This document shows positions 12,401 to 28,689 of a stretch of 64,000 nucleotides of DNA, one piece after another. The stretch spans positions 62,001-126,000 of the forward strand of contig MCFH01000005.1 of assembly GCA_002104945.1 (NCBI GenBank), read 5' to 3'. The DNA comes from Piromyces finnis finn. Its lineage: Eukaryota > Fungi > Neocallimastigomycota. Within the stretch, counting starts at the first letter, position 1. Each line of letters starts with the position of its first letter. The notes beneath the pieces were generated by a model. That model made no database searches. It was not told the DNA's origin and saw only the letters and a program-made list of their open reading frames with translations. Made by a program: the position numbers and the translations under genes.

Positions 12401-15400
12401 TCTTCATTATCATCTGGTCGAAATATTAATGATTATAATAATGGAAAATTTAATTCAGCTAATAGTGAAAGCTCTCAAATAAGTTCATCTTATAAGACAC
12501 ACTCGTATAACAATAATATTTCAATAAAAAGAAAAGAGTCAATGAACTCCGAAAATGATTATGGAAAAATAAAAAACCGCACGATGCAGAAAAATGTTTG
12601 TGAGAATAGTATAGAATCATTATTTTATATGTCAAAAGAGGAGTTTACACCTTTAGTAGAAGCATTAACTAATGCAATTTATATTGCTCAAACCATTATT
12701 GATATGGATGTCAGTGATTTAATTACTACAGGTATGTGTAAAAATATTATTGAAGAGATTCAAAGTTTACAAATTCTTTGGAATAAAAATCCTTTATGGC
12801 CAGGAAAAACGTATTTAGTAAGAATGCTAATGAATTTTGCTAGTGTTGCTAGATTAGTAGAACATTTAGAAGCTGATGCTAGAATATGGAACTATCCCAA
12901 TAAAATAGCGAAGGATAGATCCAATAAAAATTCAATAAGTAGTAGTTCAGGAACACCTATGGTGAACTACATGAAACAACATCATATGCATTTAAAATCA
13001 AATAGTGATAGTCGTAGAAATTCTATCTCCTCATTTGCAACATCTGAGTCTGAATATGCAATGGATGATGAAGAATATTATGAAGATGATGATTTTTATA
13101 ATGATTATGATTCAGAATATAATTCTTATCGTGGAAAACAAAAAATAGGCGAGAATAATTATGAAAATAAGAGATTCAAGCAACAAGAATCATGGAGTCA
13201 ATTAGAATTACGTGAAGCAGCAATTGAAAGTCAATCTTTAAATGTTTTAATAGAAATGGATTTAGATGGAAAAATTTTATATGTAAGTCCTATTTGTTTT
13301 ACTGTTTTTGCTTACGAACCTAATGAAATTCTTGGTACAACTGTTCCACCTTTCCTTCCTCCTAATAGTGAAGATTCAAATGTATTTAAAGATGCACTAA
13401 AATGTCTTTTAGCTGACGATAATGCAAACATTGCTATGGAAATTAATTATAGAGCCTGTAGAGGTGATGGTCGTTGGTTAGAAATGGAAGGAAAAGGTAT
13501 GTTAATGATTGATCGTATTTCAAAAGTCAAAAAAAGTGCTGTATGGGTTACTCGACCTATTCAGTTAATTGGCGATGGTTGGGAAGATGTACTTTCTTCA
13601 TCATCTGATAATGCAAGTGATCATTTACAAACAACTGAAATTAATACTCAAGTTACTCCAACTGCTACAAGTAATTTAACTTCGGAAATCCCACCTCTCC
13701 CTACAAATTATACAAACAATACATTAGCATCACATCATAAAATCAAGCATATTCAGAGCTACAATGAAAACAAAAATAGTCCTCTTTCAGAATGTAGTTA
13801 TTCAATAATGAATTCATCCGAACTAGACCATAAGGAAGATGAGGGAGGAGAAACATTAGAGATCCGTCCAATTCATCGTCTTTCTGTTATTGATACTAGG
13901 ACGCATAAAAAATCACCTCTTAGTATTGCTAGTGAAGATATGATTATGGATGATTCTGATGAAGATGAAGAAAATGAAGATAGTATTAGTGAAATACAGA
14001 AAGAAGATAGAGAGCATAATGAAGAAGAGGAGGATGAAGGAGAAAAATTGAATATTCAACAGGAAGAAGATAATAGCCATCTTGAATCACAAGAAGAAAT
14101 ACCTGAAGAAAACGTTATAATTGATGAAGATGATGATGAATATGAATGTGAAGATATTGAAGGTGATGAAGATAATCAAAATGATGATAATATGAGTAAT
14201 ATTTCATATCATGGTGAAAATCTTGTATTATGTCATATTTGTGAAAGAACTGTTCCGATTATATTATTTGAACAACATTCTGAAATTTGCGCTGAAGTTA
14301 ATCGTACTGAAATGGATATTCATTTAACCGATGAAGAATTGGTTAATGCTAAAAATCAATTTAATGAAAGAATCAACTTTATTGATCAAGAAATTATTCG
14401 TGAAAAAAATATGACAATCCAACTTTTAAATAATGCTATGCCTTTAGATGATTATCAAAAACAAGAACAAAAGAGCTATATTAATTATTTATTGAAATTA
14501 AAAAATATTGCTCAACAATATATTGATTATATAGATAAAGGACTTGATTTACCTATTGAAGAGTATAGTACGATGTATGAAAGCGATTATCTTAATGAAC
14601 TTCATAATAATAATCATAATAATAGTATCAATAATAATGAATCTTCTTATTCCGAAGATAATATATCAAAACAAAAAAATGTATTAGAAAATATGAAAAT
14701 TGATGAAGCAGATGATAAAGATGAAGAGATAAATGGAAATACTTCAATAGAAAGAAGTCAAAATTTAATGATAGAAGATTCAAAACAAAGTTTTGTTAAT
14801 ATAAAGTTTAGTCAGTCCCCACGCGAAACAAAAGAATTACTATTTTTAGCAAAATTAGATCGTAAAGGAAGTAAGGAACATTTGACAGATGACAATGAAT
14901 CTATTGATGATGATAATAATATTGAAGAAAATACTGAAAATATTGAAATATATGCAATTCATCCTTCTCCAACCAACGATGATGAGTGCAGTATTTTTTC
15001 AGAAAACAAATCTAACATTAGTATTAATGTAGAGAATGTTGAAACTGAAGTTGATTTAGCTAATAAAATAAAATATATCAAAGAATGGAAAGGTAAACAA
15101 GAAGAAGAATTCTATCCATCACCCAATAGTAAAAAAAATAATAGTAATGAACGTTTGACAGTAACAAATCCTAATTCTAATGAACTTTCAATTATGGATG
15201 ATTCTTCTGTATTAGGATTAGGATTAGGATTATATCATCTATGTTCGGATGTAGAAGCAATTGTTAAAGGAAAGGCAGAAAATGTTGAGAAGTTACAAAT
15301 TTCATCTGCGAGATTCCATGAGAGTATGCTTAATGAAGAAACAATGAAAAGTGATATGCTTATTACGGACTTGGAAAATAGTAATATGGAAAATTTAAGT

Positions 15401-18400
15401 AGTGTATTTAATTCAGAAGAAGGTGTAGATGAAGACAATGAAAATGATAGGGATAGTGATGACATGATGAATGAAAATATTAATGATAATGAGATGAATA
15501 TTGTTATGAAGAACGATATAAATTGTGAAAATGATAGTATCATTCAATCTGATACTGAAGTGGGAGAAGAAGATTTTCCATGTTCAAGTGATGATGAAGA
15601 CGAAAATGATATATTATGGGCTGAAAATCTTAATTCAAATAATATTACTCCTACGCAACAACAACATATTCCATCATTAAGCAATAAGCCATCTCTTTTG
15701 GAAACTAATTTCTCTTTAGGTAATCTACAAGAGAGTAGTTTATTCAATACCACATTAAATGGATCATCTAAGAAGAATAAACCAGTTAATCTTTCTATTA
15801 ATACAGGTAAGAGTAAAGAACGTCGCTCCTTTTTGGAAAGCTTGGCAGAGTTTATTCATTTTAAACCAAATCATGGTCAAGGACAAGATTATTACATACC
15901 GCCGATGTCGAATAGTAAAATTATTGATAGTGCTCAAATGAATACTAATGATAGTAACAGTTCCTCTTTTTCTACTGGACTACAAAAATCTACATCACAA
16001 GAATTACTTACAACCTCAATTTCATCTAATAGTAACTACATTAATAATAATATCAGTAATATTAATAATAATAAATCACCTTTAGTAGTAAAACGTTCTA
16101 GACCAAAATCTACTAGTTCATCAATACGACATCAAATTGAAAATGAATCTGTATTTATACCCTCACTTATTGCATCTCCCAAACTTTCTAGAATTCGTTC
16201 TCTTGATAATTCAAATTGTCTCTCCCCAAAAATATCTATTTCAAGTATTCCATCAAGTCCTTTAACAGCAACTAACATGCCTCGTTCTGTACCAAGTATA
16301 AAAGATTTTGAAATTATTAAACCAATTAGTAAGGGTGCTTTTGGTGCTGTTTATTTAGCAAAGAAAAAAGTTACAGGTGATTACTTTGCAATTAAAGTTT
16401 TAAAAAAGGCTGATATGATTGCTAAAAACCAAGTTAAAAATATTAGAGCAGAAAGATTAATTCTTTCACAATTAGATTCACCCTATGTTGTTAAACTATA
16501 TTTTTCATTCCAAAGTCACGATAATCTTTATTTAGTTATGGAATATTTAAATGGTGGCGATTGTGCTGCTCTTATTAAAGCAATTGGTCAACTTGATGAG
16601 AAATGGGCTAAACAATATATTTCAGAAGTTACTCTTGGTTTAGAATTTTTACACTCCAGAGGCATTATTCATCGTGATTTAAAACCTGGTATTTTATTTT
16701 TTTTAATTTTTTTTTATGATAATAAAAAATATAAGTTATAATTTTATTGAACTATAATTTATTTTATTGTAACGTACATTAAAAATTATTTATATGATTA
16801 TATATATATTATTTAATATTTAATATATATGATAAAGATAATTTATTGATTGATCAAAATGGTCATGTAAAGCTGACTGATTTTGGTTTGTCTAGAGTTG
16901 GTTTCTTAGGAAGAAGAGCAAGAGGTGTATTGGACAATCAATACTATAACAATCCATCAAGTCCTGCTTTAAGACCAGATCAATTTCCTCCTACACCACC
17001 TACTATAAATAATCCTAATAATCTAATGGCATCTGGTTTTCCACCACCATTATCTCCAATATCAGCTTTACCAATGAATAATAAGGTATCAGAATTAAGA
17101 ATATTAGGAAATCAAACTCAACAATTATTAAATCATAGTAGAAGAAGTTCAATTGCAAGTTCTGTAAGTAATTCTAGTGATGGTCCAATTAAAATGTATG
17201 ATGGTGATGGCGGTTTAAATAATAAAAGTGAACATAAGATATTTGTTGGTACTCCTGATTATTTAGCTCCTGAAAGTATTTTAGGTTTAGGACAAGATTC
17301 AAGTGTTGATTGGGTAATATATTGTATTTTATAAATAATTAAATATTAAAATTATTATTATTATCATTATTATTTTGAATTAAATAATAATTTTTTTTTT
17401 TTTTATGATTTGAAAAAAAAAGTGGGCATTGGGTGTTATTTTATATGAGTTTTTATATGGTATACCACCATTCCATGCTGAAACACCAATGGCTGTATTT
17501 GAAAATATATTAGCAAGAAATATTGATTGGTATGAAGATGAAATGGATTTATCACCAGAGGCGTTTGATTTAATGGATAAGTTAATGTGTACTAGTATAG
17601 AATTAAGACTTGGTACTCATGGTGCTGATGGAGTTAAAAATCATTCTTTCTTTAAAGATATTAACTGGTCCAAGGTTGCTGAAGAAAGAGCAACCTTTAT
17701 ACCAAAACCTTCAAATGCTGAGGATACTGAATATTTTGATAATAGAGGTGCGGATAAAACGGACTTCAATCCTGAAGAAGAGGAAAATAATGAAAATAGT
17801 AATAATACCTCTCAAGTTTCTGAGAGTTCACTTAATACACCAAATGTAGGAAATGAATTTGGATCGTTTGTTTACAAGAATTTACCATTATTAGTGAAAG
17901 CAAATTCTGATGTGGTTAAGAAGATTAAATCTGATATTCTTAATCATTCAATACCAACACCATCTGTTGTTAAGGAAGGAACAAGAAATAGATGTCGTTC
18001 TATTTCATTAGTATCACAAAATAATCGTATGCGTCCAAGATTGTCATTAATAAATGATGGATCTGTTCCACCTTCTCCAGGTGGTAATAATTATATTCAA
18101 AACATTAAACAGCAAAGTCGATTTGATCATGGAAGAAGGAATTCTTTACCACTAAAATTATCTCAAAGTATGACTATGCCAACTATTAATTCTCCATTAA
18201 TTCCAAGTAACTTAAATAATGTTAGCAAAAATCCATATATGCCATCAATTCTTTCTATTAATAGTTCAAATGGTTCTATTTCTAAAGAAGAAGCAAATAA
18301 TAATAAGAATACATTATCGCAATCGTTAAGTGATTCTAAAGGAAATGCTCCTATTAGAAATTCCCAAAGTTTCATGTCTAATGATATTAACTTTGAAGAT

Positions 18401-18728
18401 AATGAGCATAATCATAATATTGTTAAAAATGAAGAATTAGAAAAAGGAGTTAATAAATCAGACAATCATAATTATAATCAATTTGTAGAATCAACAGAAA
18501 AGGAAAAATCATTGGAGGAAAATTGCAATAAACAAGACAATTTTGATGATAATGAGGAAAAATTCGGAGATAATGAAAAAAATTTGAATGAGGAGAATAT
18601 AATTAAGAAAAGACAAAATACTATCATAAATATGGAAAATGAAGGTAGTTCCAATTCAACGTCTGGTACGAGACCTTTAGATATTTTAATTGTTGAGTAA
18701 GTATTTTCTTTCGCACACACGCACTCAT

Positions 18729-18760
<32 letters not shown>

Positions 18761-19307
18761 ATATAATTATAATTATAATTATATTAATGTATCTAATTTA
18801 TTACAAAAATTTTATTATTATTATTATTATTATTATTTTTTTTAAAAAAATACTAATAAAAAGGGATAATCCTATAAGTAGTAAAGTGTTAGAATCAATG
18901 CTAACAAAACTAAATTGTAGATGTGTTGTTGTAACCAATGGTGCAGATGCAATTAGATGTGCAATGGGTGATGTAAAGTTTGATATTATCTTTATGGCTA
19001 TAAAAATGCCATTAGAAAGGTATTCATGTAAGTATCAAACAATAAAATTTAGTGTTAATTGTAAGTTTATATGTATGTATAGAAATTAAAAACCTTTTTT
19101 TTCTTTATTATATACTTTAAAATAGTTGATGGACCAATTGCAGCAAGAATGATAAAATCTGTTACTAATATCAATCAAAATACACCAATTATTGGTGTTA
19201 CTGCTTATGAACAAACTTATAATTTAACCCAAGAATTTGATGATATATTAAATAAACCTATTACAAAAGATGATTTAATACAAGAATTGGAAGCATTTAT
19301 AAATTAA
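9468..19307 (+). CDS. RIM15: RIM15/Cek1 (Greatwall-related) Ser/Thr kinase with PAS, C2HC zinc finger, split AGC kinase domain and C-terminal receiver domain; ~3,011 aa, 7 exons
   Basis: Exons 9468-10904, 11062-11140, 11265-16688, 16838-17313, 17423-18696, 18864-19027 and 19126-19307 total 9,036 nt and are in frame. PAS: [15 protein letters not shown]...LEMEGKGML. Zn finger: [20 protein letters not shown]. Kinase: [24 protein letters not shown]|[19 protein letters not shown], insert, [12 protein letters not shown]|WALG. REC: DILIVE|DNPISSKVL...[12 protein letters not shown]...TPIIGVTA...NKP. Confidence 0.93.
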
Positions 19308-19374
19308 AACAATATTTAATAATAGTAATAATAGTAGTAATAAAAACTTTTATTTTTAAAATTATATACAAGTT

Positions 19375-19415
<41 letters not shown>

Positions 19416-19529
19416 CTTTTTTATAATAAAAAGAAGTATTATATAAGATTGTAATGCAATTAAAAATTAAAAAATAATAAAGAAAATTTTATATACATTA
19501 AAAAATATTTATAAAATGTAAAATATTAA

Positions 19530-19838
19530 TAAAATAAAATAAAATAAAATAAAATAAAATAAAATAAAATAAAATAAAATAAAATAAAATAAAATAAAAT
19601 AAAATAAAATAAAATAAAATAAAATAAAATAAAATAAAATAAAATAAAATAAAATAAAATAAAATAAAATAAAATAAAATAAAATAAAATAAAATAAAAT
19701 AAAATAAAATAAAATAAAATAAAATAAAATAAAATAAAATAAAATAAAATAAAATAAAATAAAATAAAATAAAATAAAATAAAATAAAATAAAATAAAAT
19801 AAAATAAAATAAAATAAAATAAAATAAAATAAAATAAA
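19530..19838. repeat. (AAAAT)n pentanucleotide microsatellite, ~60 units
   Basis: Perfect ~310-bp array between the convergent 3' ends of RIM15 and ADA2. Confidence 0.97.
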
Positions 19839-20023
19839 AAGAGAAATAGTAAATACAAATATAATTTATAGTTTTAATAGGTTGAAAATGTATGATATAA
19901 ATTATTTTTTATTTAATAATAAATTTATATATTTAAAATTTATGGTTAATTATAATGGGTATGATTATTGATAATCTAAATGATTTACAATATAATAAAT
20001 TTTTTTTAATATTTTTTTTTATT

Positions 20024-22942
<2,919 letters not shown>

Positions 22943-24056
22943 GTTTTAACTATTTTATAATATATTTATTTTTTTTTTCTCTTTTTAGTATAACTATTAA
23001 TATTATAAAAATATTTTTTATTTAATTATTTGTATATTAATTGTGGCTTGAAATATTTTATAGGAAAAAAAACTTACGTTTTTTTTTTAAAATTAATTAA
23101 TAATAAATTTCATCATACCAGTTTACTTTAATTGAACAGTTGATATTGTTGTTGGAAAAAAGTATTAATATCCTGTGATCCTATATTAGTCTATAATAGT
23201 AGGATTATAAGATTTCTTAAATATTTTATTTTTGAAAAAGTTTTATGTTTTATATTTTGAAAGAAGTATAATATTATACTATATTTTTATGTAACTTGAA
23301 ATTTATCTAATATTTAAATATATATTTTTGTATATATTAGCATTTTTTTTTTTTTTTATAATACACTCATTCAATGAAGATAAAAATGAAAATAAATCTG
23401 TATCAACTTCCCTTCAATAATTTCTTGATATATTGATGATGATATTTTACTTCTAAATAAGATAACATTAGAAATAAAAAATAGACATAAATAATTTAAA
23501 TGTATATAGTTTAATATTTTTTATATTAACTTTTTAATATAGACATATATGGTAAATTAACTTAGCTAATTATTTTTATATTAAATTATGCAAAATACCA
23601 TTTTCAATTTAAGAAAACGTTTAATATTTCTTATGACAATATTCAATTTCAAATATTAAAAAGATTTATATTATCTAATAGTGTGAAAATAATGAGTAAG
23701 ATATATATAAATAATATTTCTAATATATTATATATAATAAATATTATTGTCATTAATATGCATTATTGATGATTTAAAATATAAAAAACCGATTGAAGAA
23801 TATATACGTATAATATTTATAGTAAAGGAATTATTAATTTAATATTCATATTCACTATTATTTTATTTATAAAGTTTTTAAATATAATGAAAAAGAATTA
23901 TATGAACAATTAAAAAAATCAATCTTAGAAAATGATTTAACTAGAATTAAATTAATTATTGAAAATCATCCAAATTATGAAAAATTAGATTATAACAGAA
24001 AATTATTAATAGAAGCTATAAAACAGTCTTCAAAAAATTTCATTATAGAGTATTTC

Positions 24057-27000
24057 ATGAATAATGAAATAAGTTTAAATTATGAAATTTTATCAGGTAA
24101 TACACCACTATTTGAAGCTCTTTATAAACATAATTATTCTCTGGTAGATGAATTATTAAAAAGAGGTTCTGATATAAATTATGTTAATTATAAAGGCTAT
24201 AATGCTTTGTTCTATTTAAAAGAATCAAGTAAATTTTGTTTAGATATTAAGCTTTTTGAATATTTAATTAATCATAATATCAATTTAAACTTAAAAAATA
24301 AGCAGTATAAAACATTTCTAGAATGTTTAATTGAAGAAGAAAATGTGAAATTGATTGAAGCATTTCTAAATTGTGTAATTTTTAATAATAATATGATTAT
24401 TAAATTTCTAATTAATGCTAAAAATAAAATACCAATATCAAATGAAACTTTTAGTTCAATTATAAAAATGGAAAATGAAAAGATTAAAATAAGTCAAAGT
24501 ATAATAGATACTATTATTAATAAAAATAATCATTTATTACTGCAATTATTATTAAAATATAAATTTAACATATTAAATAATGAAATTGTGAATAATACTC
24601 TTTTGAAAGTTTGTAAATTAAAAAATATTGAATTTCTAAAAGTTTTAATAAAAGAGGGAGCTGATATTAACTATAAAGAAAAAGACACATTAATTACATC
24701 ATTAATGAGTCTTAGTATAATTGATAAAAAATTAACAATAAATCATGTAAATGCAATAATTTTTAATATGTTTAATTTATTACTTAATGCTGGCGCTAAT
24801 ATTAACGCAAAAGATGCTGCTGGTAAGTCAGCTTTAATGTATATATTAAGCACTAAAAGAGTTTCCTTAAAGTTATTAAAATTATTGATTAAACATGGAG
24901 CCCAAATAAATGATGTGGATAACTTAAATATTTCTCCATTAATTTATGCATGTAAAGGAAATAATAAACATATTCTTAAATTTTTGTTAGAATCAGGTGC
25001 AGATACATCTATTGTAAGCAAAGATGGAAAACAATTAATTTCATTTGCTACAATGAATAATTGCATTTTTCTAGCTCGATATTTAATTGAAAGTAATATA
25101 ATTAAAGATATAAATTGTGTTGACAAGAATTTTGAAACACCATTAATGTTTGCTGTCCAAAAGAAAAACATAGATATGATTAGGTATTTATTAAATAATG
25201 GGGCAGATGTTAATTTTATGAATAAAAAAGACGAAACAGCATTAAGTAAAATATTGTCATGTTGCCGTATATCAAAAAAAATGATGGAATGCCTAAAAGT
25301 ACTTATTGATCATGGTGCAGATGTCAATAGAGTATATAGTATTTCAAATAATAATAATAATAATGGAATATCATATTTAAAAGAAACACCTTTGATTTTT
25401 TCTGTTAATCGTAAAAATTTAAATTTAATTAAATTTTTTATTAATAATGGTGCTAATATTGATGGTAAAGATGACAGAGGTGCAACTCCTTTGTATTATG
25501 CAATATTCAATTCAAATAAAGTTGAAATTGTTAAATATCTTGTTGAGAAAGGTGCTAATATTAATGAAATAATTAATGATTCCAATGAGACTGTTATCTT
25601 TTGGGCATTACGTCATGATCGATATAATGCTGTTAAATTATTAATTAATCATGGAGTAAATATAAACCATAAAAATAGTAAAAATGAAATTCCTCTTAAC
25701 ATGGTTTTACATAAAAAAAATTGTATCATTCCTATTAGCGATTTTATTAGTGATGATACTAATTTTGAGGAACGAGATTCTAGTGGAAATAGCCTATTTC
25801 ATTATAGTATATTAAAAAATAATAGAGAAGTATTTAATTTTATTATGGATAATATTGATAATGTTAATATTAATCTTTTGGATAAACAAGAAAATACACC
25901 ATTAATGTTGGCTGTATCTACTAACAATATTGAATTTGTCATAAGAATTTTAGAAAGAAAACCAAAACTTGAAATTCGAAATATTCATTTAGAAACTGCA
26001 CTTTTTATATCTGTTAAAAAAGGCAATTATAGGATAGCAAAATTATTAATTGAAAATGGAGCAAAAATTAATAATTCAAATATTGAAATAAATAAAAAGC
26101 TACTTTCATATGCAATTCGTTTTTCACGCCTCATTCAATTATTACTAAAGAATGGTTTTGAAATTAATGACTATATAATTAATTCAGAGAATAATTATGA
26201 TAATAATAATCTATTATCAATAGCCACTATATCACAAAAAATGATGAATATTCGTTTTTTATTAGCTAATAATGCTAATCCGTACATAAATAATAATAAA
26301 CATTTACTTCCATTTCAGGAAATAGTGACAGGTTATTGTAAGAATAAATTTGAAATTTCAAAAAAAATTATTGAATGTTATGAAAGTTATGGAGTTAATA
26401 TTAATGAAATGAATGAATATGGCGAGAATCTTTTATATTGTATTATAACCACTTCATATGATAATACATTTTTCATAGAGAGAATGGCAAAATATTTAAT
26501 AGAGGAAAAAAATGCAAATGTTAATTCAAAAAATCGAGATAATGTTTCATTTCTTATGAGTATAGTGAGCAATAGTAATATAAACATTGAATTTATTAAA
26601 TATATAGTAGAAGAACAAAATTGTGATATTAATGCTAAAGATTATAATGGGAATAACGCCTTAATGTATGCTTTAATGAATGGTAACTCTAATATTTATA
26701 ATTATTTAATAGATAAATGCCAAGATTTTACTTTCAAAAATGATGAAGGAACTAATTTATTAATGTGTGCAGCGAAATGTGCTGAAACAAGCACTATTAA
26801 GAAATTAATTGAAAAAGGTATTTCTATTAATGATGTTGATAATAAAGGAAGAAATGCTCTATTTTATATATATAATAAAATAGAGCCTTCAAGATCAGCA
26901 AAATATTCAAGATTTCCTATTGGAAAAAGAGTAGGGAAACTTCAGAATTTTAAATACCTAATTGATCAAGGCATAAATATAAATTGTACTGATAATGAAG

Positions 27001-28061
27001 GGGATAATCCAATGTTTCATATTAATAGTATAGAGCTAATAAAATATGCAGTGGGACACGGACTGGATATTACTCATAGAGACAATAAAGGTTGTACAAT
27101 CTTATTTTATACTACTAATTTAGAAATTATTAAATATGCTATAGGTCATGGTGTAAATGCATCATTACGTGATCATAATGGCCATACCGCTGTATATAAC
27201 ATTAAACCATACAATAATTATAATTATATATTAAATATAATATACTTAGTTAAACATGGTGCAGATATTAAAGATTTTCAATTTGGTTGCAAAAATCAAA
27301 ATTATTTTCATTGGTGTTATACAACGAGTGTTATCAATCAATTTATAAAATTTGAATTTAATTTTGACAATATAAATATTTTAGATAATGAAACTGATGA
27401 TAAAGTAAAAGAAACATTTCTTGATTACTTTATTACAAATTATCACAAGTATAAGGCAATTGATTTTGTAAATATTTTTAAAAATGCTATGGATAAAAAG
27501 CTATTTGATATTAATCGAAAAAACTTTATAGGAGACACACCCTTACTATTTTTAATGAAAACATTGAGTAAAGATGTTTTGCAAAATGAACAATTATATT
27601 ATAACTTAATTATATCCATGACTAATTATGGTGCAGATTTAGAAATTTATGGGATGAATGGAAAAACACCATTATATTATGCTTTAATGCTTGATTCTTC
27701 GATAGTGAAGTTCTTCTATTCAAAGGGTGCTCGTATGTTATCATACAATGGAGATATCAAATCATTGATAACTATTAAGAATATTATTATGCATGATAAA
27801 TGTAATAGTGCTATTAAATGTGAAATGATTCAATATTTTGAAAATATTCAACAAATTAATACGATAAATAAAATAGATGGTATATATATTATCTTTCCTG
27901 CTATCGAACAAAAAAATTATAATTTAGTTAAATATTTAATATCTAAGAATATACCACTTAATTTAATAAACGATAATAATGAAACAATAGTAGACGTAGC
28001 AAAACGTACAGGTGATATATCAATTATTAATCTAATTATAAAAGCAACAAGAACGGATTGA
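24057..28061 (+). CDS. Large multi-ankyrin-repeat protein (>=1,334 aa; long single exon)
   Basis: Many ankyrin consensus units: GNTPLFEALYKH...LLKRGSDINY, GKSALMY...LIKHGAQIND, ETPLMFAVQKKNIDMIRYLLNNGADVN, GATPLYYAI, GNNALMYAL, GDTPLLFL, GKTPLYYAL. The frame stays open upstream to an AG acceptor at ~23874, so one or more 5' exons probably exist. Confidence 0.92.
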   Translation: MNNEISLNYEILSGNTPLFEALYKHNYSLVDELLKRGSDINYVNYKGYNALFYLKESSKFCLDIKLFEYLINHNINLNLKNKQYKTFLECLIEEENVKLIEAFLNCVIFNNNMIIKFLINAKNKIPISNETFSSIIKMENEKIKISQSIIDTIINKNNHLLLQLLLKYKFNILNNEIVNNTLLKVCKLKNIEFLKVLIKEGADINYKEKDTLITSLMSLSIIDKKLTINHVNAIIFNMFNLLLNAGANINAKDAAGKSALMYILSTKRVSLKLLKLLIKHGAQINDVDNLNISPLIYACKGNNKHILKFLLESGADTSIVSKDGKQLISFATMNNCIFLARYLIESNIIKDINCVDKNFETPLMFAVQKKNIDMIRYLLNNGADVNFMNKKDETALSKILSCCRISKKMMECLKVLIDHGADVNRVYSISNNNNNNGISYLKETPLIFSVNRKNLNLIKFFINNGANIDGKDDRGATPLYYAIFNSNKVEIVKYLVEKGANINEIINDSNETVIFWALRHDRYNAVKLLINHGVNINHKNSKNEIPLNMVLHKKNCIIPISDFISDDTNFEERDSSGNSLFHYSILKNNREVFNFIMDNIDNVNINLLDKQENTPLMLAVSTNNIEFVIRILERKPKLEIRNIHLETALFISVKKGNYRIAKLLIENGAKINNSNIEINKKLLSYAIRFSRLIQLLLKNGFEINDYIINSENNYDNNNLLSIATISQKMMNIRFLLANNANPYINNNKHLLPFQEIVTGYCKNKFEISKKIIECYESYGVNINEMNEYGENLLYCIITTSYDNTFFIERMAKYLIEEKNANVNSKNRDNVSFLMSIVSNSNINIEFIKYIVEEQNCDINAKDYNGNNALMYALMNGNSNIYNYLIDKCQDFTFKNDEGTNLLMCAAKCAETSTIKKLIEKGISINDVDNKGRNALFYIYNKIEPSRSAKYSRFPIGKRVGKLQNFKYLIDQGININCTDNEGDNPMFHINSIELIKYAVGHGLDITHRDNKGCTILFYTTNLEIIKYAIGHGVNASLRDHNGHTAVYNIKPYNNYNYILNIIYLVKHGADIKDFQFGCKNQNYFHWCYTTSVINQFIKFEFNFDNINILDNETDDKVKETFLDYFITNYHKYKAIDFVNIFKNAMDKKLFDINRKNFIGDTPLLFLMKTLSKDVLQNEQLYYNLIISMTNYGADLEIYGMNGKTPLYYALMLDSSIVKFFYSKGARMLSYNGDIKSLITIKNIIMHDKCNSAIKCEMIQYFENIQQINTINKIDGIYIIFPAIEQKNYNLVKYLISKNIPLNLINDNNETIVDVAKRTGDISIINLIIKATRTD

Positions 28062-28618
28062 ATCTATAAAGAAAAATAAATTATAAAATTTAATAAAATA
28101 AAAAGAAAAAAGAATTTAAAAAAGAAATTGATGAATTAAAGAACTAAAAATCTTAAAAAAATAAAAAAAAAATTTTAAAATATATATAAGATATTAATGA
28201 ATGAATAATGAATGAATATAATGTTTATTAATTTACAATATTTATTTATTTATTAAATAGATTAAGAAAATACAAAAATTTCATTATTATTATTATTATT
28301 ATTATTATTAAATAATATAATCAAAATTAAATAATTTACTTGTTAAATGTTTATATACTATAAAAAATATATATGATTAATTTATAAGTGACTATATTTA
28401 AATTTACACATTAACATTTATAGATATTAAATATTATAAAAAAAAAGGTTCTAAATGTAATAATAATTATTATTATTATACTATTATAATAAAGTAATAG
28501 TTTATATTTTTTAACATTTAGTAATTTTTTTTTTTAAAAAAAATATAAACTTTTTTTACCAAAATTATAAAATATTTATAAACTTTTAATATTGAGGTTT
28601 AATTTTTCAATATATTGA

Positions 28619-28649
<31 letters not shown>

Positions 28650-28689
28650 TATTTCTTCTGTATAAGATAGATAGCATTATTAAATTAAT

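Noticed and set aside
9620-18720. Short minus-strand or alternative-frame ORFs overlapping RIM15
   Set aside because: Shadow ORFs of low-complexity codons with no independent motifs.
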